From an uncultured Actinomycetota bacterium (GTDB lineage: Bacteria; Actinomycetota; Thermoleophilia; Gaiellales; F1-60-MAGs149): a stretch of 64,000 nucleotides of DNA. The position numbers and the translations under genes were made by a program. The DNA lies in assembly GCA_963767885.1 (NCBI GenBank), contig CAVYFW010000003.1:218628-282627 (forward strand), read 5' to 3'. The notes beneath the pieces are model-generated. The model saw only the letters and a list, made by a program, of their open reading frames with translations. It was not told the DNA's origin and did not search any database. Position 1 is the stretch's first letter. The number at the start of each line of letters is the position of its first letter. Shown piece by piece: positions 17,224 through 26,675 of this stretch.

Positions 17224-19183
17224 GGGGAGCGGTGGCCTTGACGGTGGCGCCGTTGGCAGCGGTGACCCGCCACGAGATGGTGTACGAGGTGTTCTTCGAG
17301 GGTTGGATGCGGGCCGAGAGCTCCGCCTCCGGCTTCGATCCGCGCTGCTTGATGGTGATCGACGCCGTCGAGACCTTCTGGGCCTTGTTGCCCTTGCCGA
17401 CGAGCAGCTCCACCTCGTGGATGTGGGCCCGCGCCAGACCCTTCACCACGCCGGTGATGGTGAGGCCGTTCTTCTTGGCCACCTTGATGCTGACCGTCGG
17501 CTTCGAGCCGGGCGACATCTCCTCCGACTGGTAGTGCCCGCGCGGGTTGTCGGCCACCAGCTGGAAGCGGGCGTTCTCCGGTGCGTCCTTGACGGCGATG
17601 GAGAAGCTGAGCGCGTCGGTGGTGTGCTTGACGGCGGTGCGCTTCGTCAGCGCGCCCTTCGGGCCGTACTGCACCCACATGTCGGTCGGCCCCTCGGTGA
17701 CCAGCGTGCCGCGCACCGTCGGCACGCCGTCGCGGCTGACCACCCGCGCGTCGCGCACCACCGGCGACGAGACCATCGCCACGGCCCGCCCGGCGTTCAG
17801 GCGACGGCCCTGTTCGAAGTACTTGGTCAGGCCCGGGATCGGGTCGGCACTGCGCAGGATGACGTCCTTCAGCTCGGCGGCCGTCAGCGCCGGCGCGCGC
17901 TGCAGCACCAGCGCGGCGGCGCCGACCACCATCGGCGTGGCCTGCGAGGTGCCGCTGTACGTCTGGGTCTTGGTGCCGAAGCCGGTGGAGATGATGTCCA
18001 CGCCCGGCGCGCCGATCTCCACCGTGGCCGGGCCGAAGTTGGAGAAGTAGGCCAGCTTGTCCTTCTTGTCGGTGGCTCCCACGCAGATCACGTTCGGCAG
18101 GTCGTAGGCGCAGGGGTACGCGGGCTTGGTGTCGACGTTCACGGAGTCGTTGCCGGCGGCGGCGACGAACAGGACGTTCGGGTACTTGCAGAACCCCTCG
18201 GTCATCAGCTGCGACCACGAGGAGCCGGACAGGCTGAGGTTCACGACGCGCGCGCCGTACTCCTCGATGGCGTACGTGAAGCCGGCCGCCACGTCGGACG
18301 TCGAGCCGGACTCCGCCCCCAGCGCGCGTACCGCCACCACTCCGACATGGCTGGCGAGGCCGGTCACCGTGACGCCGTTATCGGATCGCGCGCCGATGAT
18401 GCCGGCCACGTGGGTGCCGTGACCGCCGTCGTCCTTGACGTCCTGCTGGTCGGACACGAAGTCCCAGCCGCGGGTGTCGTCGATCAGGCCGTTGTGGTCG
18501 TCGTCTACACCGTTCTGAGGGTCGTCGGGGTTGCGCAGCACGCCGCCGTCGATGTCCTTCGAGCCCGGGTCGACACCGGTGTCGACGACCGCCACCCGCA
18601 CCCCGGCGCCGTTGGCCAGCGCCCATGCATCCTCGGCTCGTAGGTCGCCCGGGCGGCGCGGCGCGTCCGGGGTGGAGTCGGTGATGAACGGCCACAGCCG
18701 GTGCACGTCCGGGTCGTTGGGCACCACCGTCGACCTGACCGCGTAGTCCGGCTCCGCGAACGCCACCCCGGCCCGATGCGCGACCGCCGCCGCGGCCTGG
18801 GCCGGCGTGTCGCCGGCGGCGTACTCCACGATCCGCTCCGCGAGATGCGGCCGGCGGCTGACGACGTCCGGGTCGACCACCGACAACGCCCCCGCCTGCC
18901 GGGCCGCGCTGGCCGCCGGGTCGAAGCGCACGATCAGCTGGTCGGGGATCGCCGCCCCCGCCGGCAGGGTGTGGCCGGGCGCCGCGGCGAGCGCGTCGGC
19001 GGACAGTGGTTGGACGGCCAGCGGCATGCGCGGCGCCTGCGGGCTTGCGCAGTTGACGGGCACCGCCGCACGGGCGCCGCCCGGCGCCGCGCATGCGGCA
19101 ACCACGCTCAGCGCCAAGACGGACAGCGGCGCCCCGAAGGAACGGAGCACCCCCATGTCTCGCCGGAACGTAACACCCGGCAC
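17210..19183 (-). CDS. Secreted subtilisin-like S8 serine peptidase with a C-terminal beta-rich extension, 657 aa
   Basis: Catalytic triad contexts VAVVDTGVD, HGTHVAGI and GTSQATPMV. It has a signal peptide and an inhibitor_I9-like prodomain. Intact over 1974 nt. The start could instead be ATG 19156. Confidence 0.9.
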   Translation of the reverse strand: MPGVTFRRDMGVLRSFGAPLSVLALSVVAACAAPGGARAAVPVNCASPQAPRMPLAVQPLSADALAAAPGHTLPAGAAIPDQLIVRFDPAASAARQAGALSVVDPDVVSRRPHLAERIVEYAAGDTPAQAAAAVAHRAGVAFAEPDYAVRSTVVPNDPDVHRLWPFITDSTPDAPRRPGDLRAEDAWALANGAGVRVAVVDTGVDPGSKDIDGGVLRNPDDPQNGVDDDHNGLIDDTRGWDFVSDQQDVKDDGGHGTHVAGIIGARSDNGVTVTGLASHVGVVAVRALGAESGSTSDVAAGFTYAIEEYGARVVNLSLSGSSWSQLMTEGFCKYPNVLFVAAAGNDSVNVDTKPAYPCAYDLPNVICVGATDKKDKLAYFSNFGPATVEIGAPGVDIISTGFGTKTQTYSGTSQATPMVVGAAALVLQRAPALTAAELKDVILRSADPIPGLTKYFEQGRRLNAGRAVAMVSSPVVRDARVVSRDGVPTVRGTLVTEGPTDMWVQYGPKGALTKRTAVKHTTDALSFSIAVKDAPENARFQLVADNPRGHYQSEEMSPGSKPTVSIKVAKKNGLTITGVVKGLARAHIHEVELLVGKGNKAQKVSTASITIKQRGSKPEAELSARIQPSKNTSYTISWRVTAANGATVKATAPRVHT

Positions 19184-19285
19184 GCCCTCCTACAACGGCG
19201 TCTCGCTGCGAAACGCGAGCGGCGCATCCGCAAGATCACCGTATCGCGGGACGCGGCAGCGCCGCCGTGCCGCCGATGGAGGCCC

Positions 19286-19796
19286 ATGGAGCACGGGGCG
19301 AGCACGGCACGGCGGAGCACCGTCCGGACGACGGTGATGGGGACGCTCGTCGTGATCTGCGGCCTCTTCGACACGCTGCTGATCGGTCTGCCGATCGTCG
19401 TCCTCGCCGCATGGCTGAACCCGCTCGTCGTGTTCGCGCTCGGCGTGGTCGCGGTCGTCGCCGCCAACGGCCTGTGCTGCACCTGGCTCGATCGGGAGTG
19501 GGACGGATGGCTCGCGGGCCCCGGCCGCCGGATCGAGGGCCGGCTCGACCGGATGCGCACGAGCCGGCTCATGCGTCATCCCGTGGCCTGGATCCAGCGC
19601 GAGTCCGGACCGCTGGTTCGCGCTCGGTGCCGCCGTGACGAACGCGATCACCGCGACGGTGCTCGCGCGACTGCTGACGCCGGAGCCGCTCGGCCCGCGC
19701 CGCATCCTGCTGGCGTCGCTGGCGTACGGGCTCTTCTTCGTCGGCCTCTACACGTTCGTCGGCGTCCTCGTCGGCACGGCCGCGCGCGCGGCCTGA
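19286..19796 (+). pseudogene. Small multi-pass membrane protein, one frameshift near 19615
   Basis: MGTLVVICGLFDTLLIGLPIVVLAAWLNPLVVFALGVVAVVAANG.. is in the frame of ORF 18701... It continues as WFALGAAVTNAITATVLARLL..GLFFVGLYTFVGVLVG in another frame, stopping near 19794. Confidence 0.5.
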
Positions 19797-19868
19797 AGCG
19801 GTCACCGCAGTGCACGTCTACTGTCGTTAGCGGCGCGGCGAGCGCCCCAGCTACGACAGGAGAGCACG

Positions 19869-20561
19869 ATGAGCGACGTACGGAACGTGGTGCTCGTGCA
19901 CGGCGGGTTCGTGGACGGGTCCGGCTGGGAAGGCGTCTACCACCAGCTCAAGCAGGACGGCCTGAACGTGAGCATCGTCCAGAACCCGACGCTCTCGCTG
20001 GAGGGCGACGCCGCCGTGACGCGGCGGGTGCTCGACCAGCAGGACGGCCCCGTCGTCCTCGTCGGCCACTCCTACGGCGGCGCCGTCATCACGCAGGCGG
20101 GATCGCACCCGAAGGTCGCCGGTCTCGTCTACATCGCCGCCTTCGCACCGGATGCGGGCGAGTCGGTCGGCAGCCTCGTGGCCGGCTTCCCGCAGGACGG
20201 GCCCGTGCCGCCGATCCTGCCGCCGCAGGATGGATTCCTCCTCCTCGACCGCGAGAAGTTCCATGCCGCGTTCGCGGGGGACGTGAGCGCCGAGCAGGCC
20301 GCGTTCATGGCCGACTCGCAGGTCCCGTGGGGCGTGGACGCGGCCGGCGGCCCGGTCAGCGAGGCCGCCTGGCGCAGCAGGCCGAGCTGGTACCTCGTCG
20401 CCACCGACGACCACATGATCCCGCCGCCCGCGCAGCGCACGATGGCCGAACGGGCCGGCGCGACGGTCTCGGAGGCGCCCGGCAGCCACGCCATCTACGT
20501 CTCCCAGCCGGCCTCCGTCGCCGCCGTGATCACGCAGGCGGCGCGTTCGCTCGCAACGTGA
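19869..20561 (+). CDS. Alpha/beta-fold hydrolase, 230 aa
   Basis: VVLVHGGF and the nucleophile elbow VGHSYGG; intact. Confidence 0.85.
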   Translation: MSDVRNVVLVHGGFVDGSGWEGVYHQLKQDGLNVSIVQNPTLSLEGDAAVTRRVLDQQDGPVVLVGHSYGGAVITQAGSHPKVAGLVYIAAFAPDAGESVGSLVAGFPQDGPVPPILPPQDGFLLLDREKFHAAFAGDVSAEQAAFMADSQVPWGVDAAGGPVSEAAWRSRPSWYLVATDDHMIPPPAQRTMAERAGATVSEAPGSHAIYVSQPASVAAVITQAARSLAT

Positions 20562-20587
20562 CGGCAGCGGTGTGACGAGCTGATCCT

Positions 20588-20630
20588 CGACCTGGTCGGC
20601 AGGACGCGCGGCGTCCTGCCGACCAGGTCG
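20588..20630. terminator. 43-nt perfect hairpin (20-bp stem, 3-nt loop) between convergent genes; candidate bidirectional terminator
   Basis: CGACCTGGTCGGCAGGACGC-gcg-GCGTCCTGCCGACCAGGTCG lies between the stops at 20561 (+) and 20652 (-). Confidence 0.6.
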
Positions 20631-20651
20631 TTCGAGCACGCTGCCGGGCCG

Positions 20652-21428
20652 TCAGCTCCAGGGCCCGGGCGCCTCGGCCATCTGCCCGCCGTCGACGGTG
20701 ACCGTGCAGCCGGTGACGAACGACGCGGCGGGCGAGCAGAGCCACGCGATCAGCGCCGCGACCTCCTCGGGCTCGGCCAAGCGGGCCTGCGCGTTGTAGC
20801 GCAGGCGCCCCTCGAGGACGTCGGGGCTCAGGCCCGGCTCCGTCATCGCGGTCCGGACCCAGCCGGGTGCGACGGCGACCACGCGCACACCGGCGCTGGC
20901 GAGCTCGACGCCGAAGGTCTGCGCCAGGCTGTGCAGCGCCGCCTTGGAGGCGTTGTAGGCCGCGGTGCCGCGCTCGGCCGCGAGCCCGTTGGCGGACCCG
21001 ACGAGGACGATCGCGCCGCCGCCGCCGGCACGCATGGCGCGGGCGGCCGCGCGGGCGACGAGGAAGGCGCCGACGAGGTTGATGTCGATCACCTCGCGGA
21101 AGGCGTCCGACCCGGTGTCCAGGACGCCCACGGGCGGCGGGTACACGCCGTGCGCGGCGACGACGGCGCGGAGCGGCCGCGCGCGAGCGATGTCCGCCAC
21201 CAGGGCATCGACGCCCGCCTCGTCGCGCGCGTCCAGCGCCGTGACGTGGAAGGCCGGGTCGTCCAGCGCCCGAGCGGCCGCGTCGAGGTCGCCGGCCGTG
21301 CGCGACACCGCCCACACCTCGTGCCCGGCGGCGAGCAGCGCCCGGCAGGTCGCGAGGCCGATGCCGCGCGCGCCGCCCGTCACCAGCGCGGCCGGCCGGA
21401 CGTCGGACGAGCGATCGAAGCGGGACAC
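20652..21428 (-). CDS. Short-chain dehydrogenase/reductase (SDR)
   Basis: TGGARGIG cofactor motif, catalytic YNASKAA, PGWVRT; intact 258 aa. Confidence 0.9.
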   Translation of the reverse strand: MSRFDRSSDVRPAALVTGGARGIGLATCRALLAAGHEVWAVSRTAGDLDAAARALDDPAFHVTALDARDEAGVDALVADIARARPLRAVVAAHGVYPPPVGVLDTGSDAFREVIDINLVGAFLVARAAARAMRAGGGGAIVLVGSANGLAAERGTAAYNASKAALHSLAQTFGVELASAGVRVVAVAPGWVRTAMTEPGLSPDVLEGRLRYNAQARLAEPEEVAALIAWLCSPAASFVTGCTVTVDGGQMAEAPGPWS

Positions 21429-21749
21429 GGACCGGATACGGTACTGCCGAAGGCGTCGTGAGCGCCGCCGGTCAGCGCCCGAGCAGCCGCAGCGAGACGT
21501 CCCAGAGCCGCTGGGCCTGCTCCGGGTCGAGGGCGTACGGCGCGACGCCGAAGCGGCCGGTGCGGGTCGGCCCGCTCGAGCTCGGCTGGGCCAAGCTCCC
21601 GGTGCCCGAGGCCGACCGCCAGCTGCTCGCGGTCTACCACGCCGCGCCGGGGAGCGCTAGCGCGCAGGCCCTCGCCCTTCTGGCCTCGGCGATCGCCGAG
21701 ACACGCGAGCCGGTCCGCTAGGCCTCCGCCAACGAGCTAGCCTGGCCGC

Positions 21750-22661
21750 ATGTCCACCGCCGCGTGGCCGGCCATCCGCTACTCGCTCTGGAGCGCGACG
21801 TGCGACACGCTGCACGCGCACACGCAGGTGCTCGGCAAGCTCGCCGTGCGCCTGGCGCCGGTCCAGCCCCAGCTCCAGCACACCGCGCTGCGGCTCACCG
21901 CCCGCGGCTGGGAGACGGAGCCGTTGCCCGCGCCCGACGGCTCCGGCGTGGTGGTCGTCGCCCTCGACCTCCACACCCACGAGGCCGTCGTCGAGCACAG
22001 CGACGGCCGCAGCCGCCGGGTCCCGCTGACGCCCGATCGCCCGGTCGGGGAGGTCACGCGCGACGTGCTCGGCGCCGTTCGGGCCCTCGCGGGTCCGGTG
22101 GAGATCAACCCGAAGCCCCAGGAGACGCCGTGGAGCGTGCCGCTGGACACGGACGAGGAGCACGCGACGTACGACCCGTCGCACGTCGCCCCATACTTCG
22201 CCGCCGCCACGCGCGCCGCCCTCGTGCTCGCCGCGTTCCGCGCCCCGTACCGCGGGCGATCCACGCCGGTCAACGCCTGGTGGGGCACGTTCGACCTCGC
22301 CACGTCGCTCTACTCCGGGCGGCCCGCCGACCCGCCGGGTGACGGCTACATCGCGCGCAGCGGAGGAAACGTCGAGCAGATCGAGATCGGCTGGTGGCCC
22401 GGCGACGAGCGCTACGACCAGGCCGCGTTCTTCGCCTTCGCGCACCCCACGCGGCCCGGCTACGACGGTGCGACCCTCTCGCCGCCGGCGGCCCGCTGGG
22501 AGCCGCGCCTGGAGGAGTACATCCTCGACTGGGACGACGTCCGACGCTCGCCCGACCCGCACGCCGCGGCACTCGAGTTCGCGCGCTCGGCGTTCCTCCA
22601 CGCCTGCACGGTGTGCGGGTGGGATCCGGAGCTGGCCGCCAGCGCCAATTGGCGGTCGTGA
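21750..22661 (+). CDS. DUF5996-family protein, 303 aa
   Basis: WPAIRYSLWSATCDTLHAHTQVLGKL.. matches the conserved N-terminus of that family as I remember it; intact. Confidence 0.75.
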   Translation: MSTAAWPAIRYSLWSATCDTLHAHTQVLGKLAVRLAPVQPQLQHTALRLTARGWETEPLPAPDGSGVVVVALDLHTHEAVVEHSDGRSRRVPLTPDRPVGEVTRDVLGAVRALAGPVEINPKPQETPWSVPLDTDEEHATYDPSHVAPYFAAATRAALVLAAFRAPYRGRSTPVNAWWGTFDLATSLYSGRPADPPGDGYIARSGGNVEQIEIGWWPGDERYDQAAFFAFAHPTRPGYDGATLSPPAARWEPRLEEYILDWDDVRRSPDPHAAALEFARSAFLHACTVCGWDPELAASANWRS

Positions 22662-22853
22662 CAGCGTGATCAGCTCCCGAGGACGTTGACGGCCCGCGCG
22701 ATGACGAGGATCACGACGGCGTAGGAGATGCGCCCGCGCATTGTGGATCCTGCCCCCTACGCTTCGCACGATCGCTGGTCGACGCCGCGACCCTCTACCG
22801 GTCGCACCGGCCGAGCGGAGGCGGAGCGGAGACGGTGCTGCGATGCTCGTGGC

Positions 22854-23627
22854 ATGACCATGCCGAAGACGCTGAGGCTCGCCGACACGGACGTCGCCCG
22901 GATCGGACTCGGGACGAATCGCCTCACGAACACGCCCGACAACGTCGCCCTCGTCCAGGAGGCGGTCGCCGCCGGCGTCGGCCACATCGACACGGCGCAC
23001 CTGTACACCGGCGGCGCGAGCGAGACCACGATCGGTGCTGCGCTGCCGGGCGGCCGGGACGGTTGCATCGTGGCGACGAAGGGCGGCTACCGCGCCGGCG
23101 AAGGACGCCCCGAGGTGCTGCGGGGGCAGGTCGACGAGAGCCTCCGCCTGCTGCGGACGGACAGCATCGACCTCTACTACCTCCACCGCGTCGACCCGGA
23201 GACGCCGCTCGAGGAGAGCATCACGGCGCTCAAGGGGTGCCGCGACGACGGGAAGATCCGTCACATCGGCCTCTCCGAGGTCAACGTCCAGCAGATCGAG
23301 CGGGCGCGCGAGATCGTGCCGATCGCAGCGGTCCAGAACCACTACAACCTCACCGAGCGCGGCAGCGAGGACGTCATCGACTACTGCGCCCGCGAGGGCA
23401 TCGCCTTCGTCCCCTTCTTCCCCCTGCGCGGCGACGGCGGCCCTCGCCTCGCCGAGATCGCCGAGGCGCATGGCGTGACGCGCGGGCAGATCACCCTCGC
23501 GTGGCTGCTCCAGCGATCACCGGTGATGCTCCCGATTCCGGGCACCCTGTCGCTGGACCACCTGCAGGAGAACCTGGCCGCGCTGGAGATCGAGCTGAGC
23601 CAGGCGGAGTTCGACGCGCTCCGGTAG
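22854..23627 (+). CDS. Aldo/keto reductase
   Basis: GLGTNRL, IDTAHLYTGG, DLYYLHRVD, IGLSEV, AVQNHYNL. Start is ATG 22854 inside ORF 22728... Confidence 0.9.
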   Translation: MTMPKTLRLADTDVARIGLGTNRLTNTPDNVALVQEAVAAGVGHIDTAHLYTGGASETTIGAALPGGRDGCIVATKGGYRAGEGRPEVLRGQVDESLRLLRTDSIDLYYLHRVDPETPLEESITALKGCRDDGKIRHIGLSEVNVQQIERAREIVPIAAVQNHYNLTERGSEDVIDYCAREGIAFVPFFPLRGDGGPRLAEIAEAHGVTRGQITLAWLLQRSPVMLPIPGTLSLDHLQENLAALEIELSQAEFDALR

Positions 23628-23666
23628 GGCGTCGCGGCGGCGGCCGGGACCGCCCATCAACGCGGC

Positions 23667-24167
23667 TCAGCGCGTGATGCGGAAGGTGAAGGAGAACTCC
23701 GTGGCGCTGAGGGCGTGCAGGGTCATCTCGCCCGTTGCGTGCCGGAACTTCCCGGTGCCCCCGGTGACCGCCAGGGTGCTGTCGGCGGATGGCAGCTCGA
23801 AGAACGGGCCTTCGACCGTGAGCGCGCCGCCCGGGAGCGTCGTCGTGAAGTTGCACTCCCACGTGCTGACCGCCGGGCCGAACTCCGTGCGGATGCAGAA
23901 CCCGTTGTCGACGCCGACGGCGGTGGTGTCCGTGCGCTCGAAGACCTGGTTGCGGAAGGTGAGGAGGTCGCCAACCGCATCGCCCGCACCGGGGTGCGAG
24001 ACCGTGTCCGTCGTCGCGTGCTCGATGACGACGATCGTCCGGCTGCCGCTGTGCCCGTTGCCGTGCCCGTTGCCGTGATCGCCGTCGCCGCTCGCGACGC
24101 TCACGCCGGCCACCGTGGCCATGCCGATGATGGTCACGGCGGACGCCGCCAGGATTCGTCGCCTCAT
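23667..24167 (-). CDS. Secreted dirigent / allene-oxide-cyclase-barrel-like protein with a His/Gly-rich N-terminal stretch
   Basis: Strong RBS AAGGAG before ATG 24167. Signal peptide, then GDGDHGNGHGNGHSGS, and a C-terminal LAVTGGTGKFRHATGEM motif. Confidence 0.65.
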   Translation of the reverse strand: MRRRILAASAVTIIGMATVAGVSVASGDGDHGNGHGNGHSGSRTIVVIEHATTDTVSHPGAGDAVGDLLTFRNQVFERTDTTAVGVDNGFCIRTEFGPAVSTWECNFTTTLPGGALTVEGPFFELPSADSTLAVTGGTGKFRHATGEMTLHALSATEFSFTFRITR

Positions 24168-24329
24168 CGCTTGGCTCCTTTGGTGACGAGTGTGACAAGG
24201 GGCGATTCTGCGCCGCTGCCGCCGTCGGTGCAAGCGCGTCGCGATGGGTCGGTTCGGCGCGACGTCCGGAGCGCGGCGATCCGGCACTCGAGCGGGAATA
24301 CGGCCGGAGGCGCGGCGTTGGCGTCAGCG

Positions 24330-24890
24330 GTGGCTCAGAACGGCGACGCGCTCCTGGACATCCCCGTCGAGACCATCGACGGGGAGGCGACCACCCTGGC
24401 GGTGTACCGCGGCAGCGTCCTGCTCGTGGTCAACGTGGCCTCGAAGTGCGGGCTGACGCCCCAGTACGAGGCGCTCGAGGCGCTCTACCGGCGCTACCGC
24501 GGCGACGGCTTCGTGGTGCTCGGCTTCCCCGCCAACGACTTCGGCGAGCAGGAGCCCGGCACGAATGAGGACATCGCAGCGTTCTGCGCGGACACGTATG
24601 CCGTCGACTTCCCGATGTTCGCGAAGATCGGCGTGCTCGGCGAGGGGCAGCATCCGCTCTACGCCGCGCTGACGCGGCAGCAGCCGATCGCCAGCGGCGA
24701 CAAGCCGAGCTTCCGCGAGAACCTGCGCGGATACGGCATGACGCCGACCGAGGATCCCGACGTGATCTGGAACTTCGAGAAGTTCCTCGTCGGCCGAGAC
24801 GGGGAGGTCACCGGCCGGTTCGCGCCGGACATCCTGCCCGACGATCCAGAGCTCGTGGCCGCCGTCGAGCGCGAGCTCGCCCGGCGCTGA
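24330..24890 (+). CDS. Glutathione peroxidase
   Basis: VVNVASKCGLTPQY, LGFPANDFGEQEPG, WNFEKFLV. The GTG start at 24330 is chosen by homology length. Confidence 0.9.
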   Translation: MAQNGDALLDIPVETIDGEATTLAVYRGSVLLVVNVASKCGLTPQYEALEALYRRYRGDGFVVLGFPANDFGEQEPGTNEDIAAFCADTYAVDFPMFAKIGVLGEGQHPLYAALTRQQPIASGDKPSFRENLRGYGMTPTEDPDVIWNFEKFLVGRDGEVTGRFAPDILPDDPELVAAVERELARR

Positions 24891-24901
24891 GCTGACGACT
24901 C

Positions 24902-25120
24902 TCAGCGGCGCACGCCGAGCGAGTCGTAGATCGTCTCCGGGGGCGGGTCGATCCGGTGCAGCCGGCGCCGTGCGCGCCCGATCAGGCCGGACGCGACGCG
25001 TGCGCAGGCGTGCAGGCCGTCGTAGGCCACGCCGAGCGCGACGAGGTGCATGCACGTGTGCACGACCGCCAGCGGGCGGGGCATGACCGGGCGGGCGGCA
25101 GGGGTACGAGCGGCGGACAT
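24902..25120 (-). CDS. Small hypothetical protein, 72 aa
   Basis: Good RBS GAAGGAG 7 nt before ATG 25120. I recognise no family. Confidence 0.4.
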   Translation of the reverse strand: MSAARTPAARPVMPRPLAVVHTCMHLVALGVAYDGLHACARVASGLIGRARRRLHRIDPPPETIYDSLGVRR

Positions 25121-25328
25121 GGGAACGCTCCTTCGGGGGTGGGCGGCAGCGACACGGCCATGTCGGTGCATGACTCGAGGCTACGAACGCGCACGCCGAG
25201 GTCGCGCCCGGGGTACTCCCGGCGCGAACCCTGGAGGAGCCGGCGTGGGCCGCGCCCCGCCGCGCGGCTCGCCGGCCCCGACGGCGACGAGCACGCCGTC
25301 CCGGACCGGCTCTACGCCCGCTGCACGG

Positions 25329-26045
25329 TCACTGCTGCAACCTTGGATCGCGCGTAGGGTTGGCGTACATCGGCGGGCAGCCGTCAGCGATGGCTTCGGG
25401 GCGCAGCTCGTAGTGCCAGGGTTCGTTGCGGTAGATCTGGCACAGCCCGTACTCGGCGCCGTGCTCGGACAGCCACGCCGCGGCGCCGGAGGGCCCGATG
25501 TCGACCGCGTCCCCCGACACGTGCAGCGACGTGTCCGCGGTGGCCACCCATCGGGCAGCTTCCGCTTCCGAGCCGTACTGCGAGACGGCCTCATGGAGTA
25601 GCTGTTCCTGGTACTCCGGGGTACGCCAGCCACTGTTGACGAGGAGCTCGACCCCGTCGTCCGCAGCATCCGTTGCAGCTCGGCGCAGGGCACCGAGCAG
25701 ATCGGGGTCGAGGTTGGTCACGGCCGGAAGCTCGTCGTCGAAGACCGTCACGCCGTGAGGGACGAGGCCGTCTGCCTCGCCAAGTGCACCATCGTGGTCG
25801 CCGTGGAGCGTGGGTGCTGCGGCCGAGGGCGCCGGCGACGATGCCTCGGCCGAGGACGGCGGCGACGGGGGTGCCGCGGCGGAGGACGACGGCGACAGGG
25901 GCTCCGCGGCCGAGGACGCCAGCGCCTGGTACGCGAGGACGACGCCGAGCGCCGAGCTGACGACGACGAGGACGGCGATGATGGTCGATCGGGGACGGCG
26001 AGCTCGCGTTCGTGCTGGTTCGCGGTAGGGCATGCCTGCAGTCAA
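25329..26045 (-). CDS. M15 D-alanyl-D-alanine carboxypeptidase (VanY-like), membrane-anchored with a Ser/Pro/Ala-rich linker
   Basis: LLVNSGWRTPEYQ, SLHVSGDAVDI, EPWHYE metal and active-site motifs, plus an N-terminal TM helix. Confidence 0.8.
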   Translation of the reverse strand: MTAGMPYREPARTRARRPRSTIIAVLVVVSSALGVVLAYQALASSAAEPLSPSSSAAAPPSPPSSAEASSPAPSAAAPTLHGDHDGALGEADGLVPHGVTVFDDELPAVTNLDPDLLGALRRAATDAADDGVELLVNSGWRTPEYQEQLLHEAVSQYGSEAEAARWVATADTSLHVSGDAVDIGPSGAAAWLSEHGAEYGLCQIYRNEPWHYELRPEAIADGCPPMYANPTRDPRLQQ

Positions 26046-26080
26046 CCCAGCGCGGTGTTGTCAGCACGTACGTGGTTTTC

Positions 26081-26098
26081 GATATGCCGACGATATGC
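26081..26098. repeat. Direct repeat GATATGC-cgac-GATATGC (11-nt period) in the VanY-like / SCP2 divergent intergenic region
   Basis: Two exact heptamers one helical turn apart, about 40-55 nt upstream of the VanY-like start. Confidence 0.25.
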
Positions 26099-26318
26099 TC
26101 CGGCGCCCGCCTCAGCGGGCGGCTCGTGCCCGCTCGAGGATCACCCCGTTCGGATGACGGTTCGCGGGCGACGGGTCTCTACAGTCTTGACGGATCGCAA
26201 GGTCGAGCTCGCGTCTGCCGTCGGCGTGTCCGCCTGAGCTGCCGTATCCGTCGGAGACCGAGCCTCTCGCGTCCGGCGTGGAAGCGGCGCCGGCGACGTG
26301 GATCGAAGGAGGAGCACG

Positions 26319-26675
26319 ATGACGGAGGCCACCGCGGCGTTCTTTCACGACCTCGAGGCGCGTACGAACGACCCGCTGCTGGAGAAAGTCAAGGGGACGT
26401 TGCGCTTCGAGCTCGCCCCTGAGCAGGGGGAGCTCGCCGAGCGCTGGGTGGTCGCGCTCAACAAGGGCGCGGTGATCGTCTCGCAGGAGGATGACCGCAC
26501 GGCGGACTGCACGGTTCGCGCAAAGCGGGCGCTCTTCGAGGGACTGACGACGGGCGAGGTGAACGCGATGGCGGCCGTGCTTCGTGGGGACATCGTGGTC
26601 GAGGGCGACCGCGAGTTGATTCTGCGCTTCCAGCGGCTGTTTCCCGGTCCGCCGGCTGTCGGGGGGAAGGGCTGA
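26319..26675 (+). CDS. SCP2 sterol-binding-domain protein
   Basis: RBS AGGAGG precedes ATG 26319. GTLRFEL..WVVALNKGAVIV..CTVRAKRALFEGLTTGEVNAMAAVLRGDIVVEGD is typical of SCP2. Its stop overlaps the next start (TGATG). Confidence 0.8.
   Translation: MTEATAAFFHDLEARTNDPLLEKVKGTLRFELAPEQGELAERWVVALNKGAVIVSQEDDRTADCTVRAKRALFEGLTTGEVNAMAAVLRGDIVVEGDRELILRFQRLFPGPPAVGGKG

Noticed and set aside
21429-21749. Possible small gene(s): plus-strand ..VGPLELGWAKLPVPEADRQLLAVYHAAPGS..AETREPVR, or minus-strand ..RFGVAPYALDPEQAQRLWDVSLRLLGR
   Set aside because: The two readings share the same wobble position, so GC3 cannot discriminate between them. Each looks protein-like over only about half the interval, and neither has a convincing start. 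These are probably remnants, so I made no confident call.
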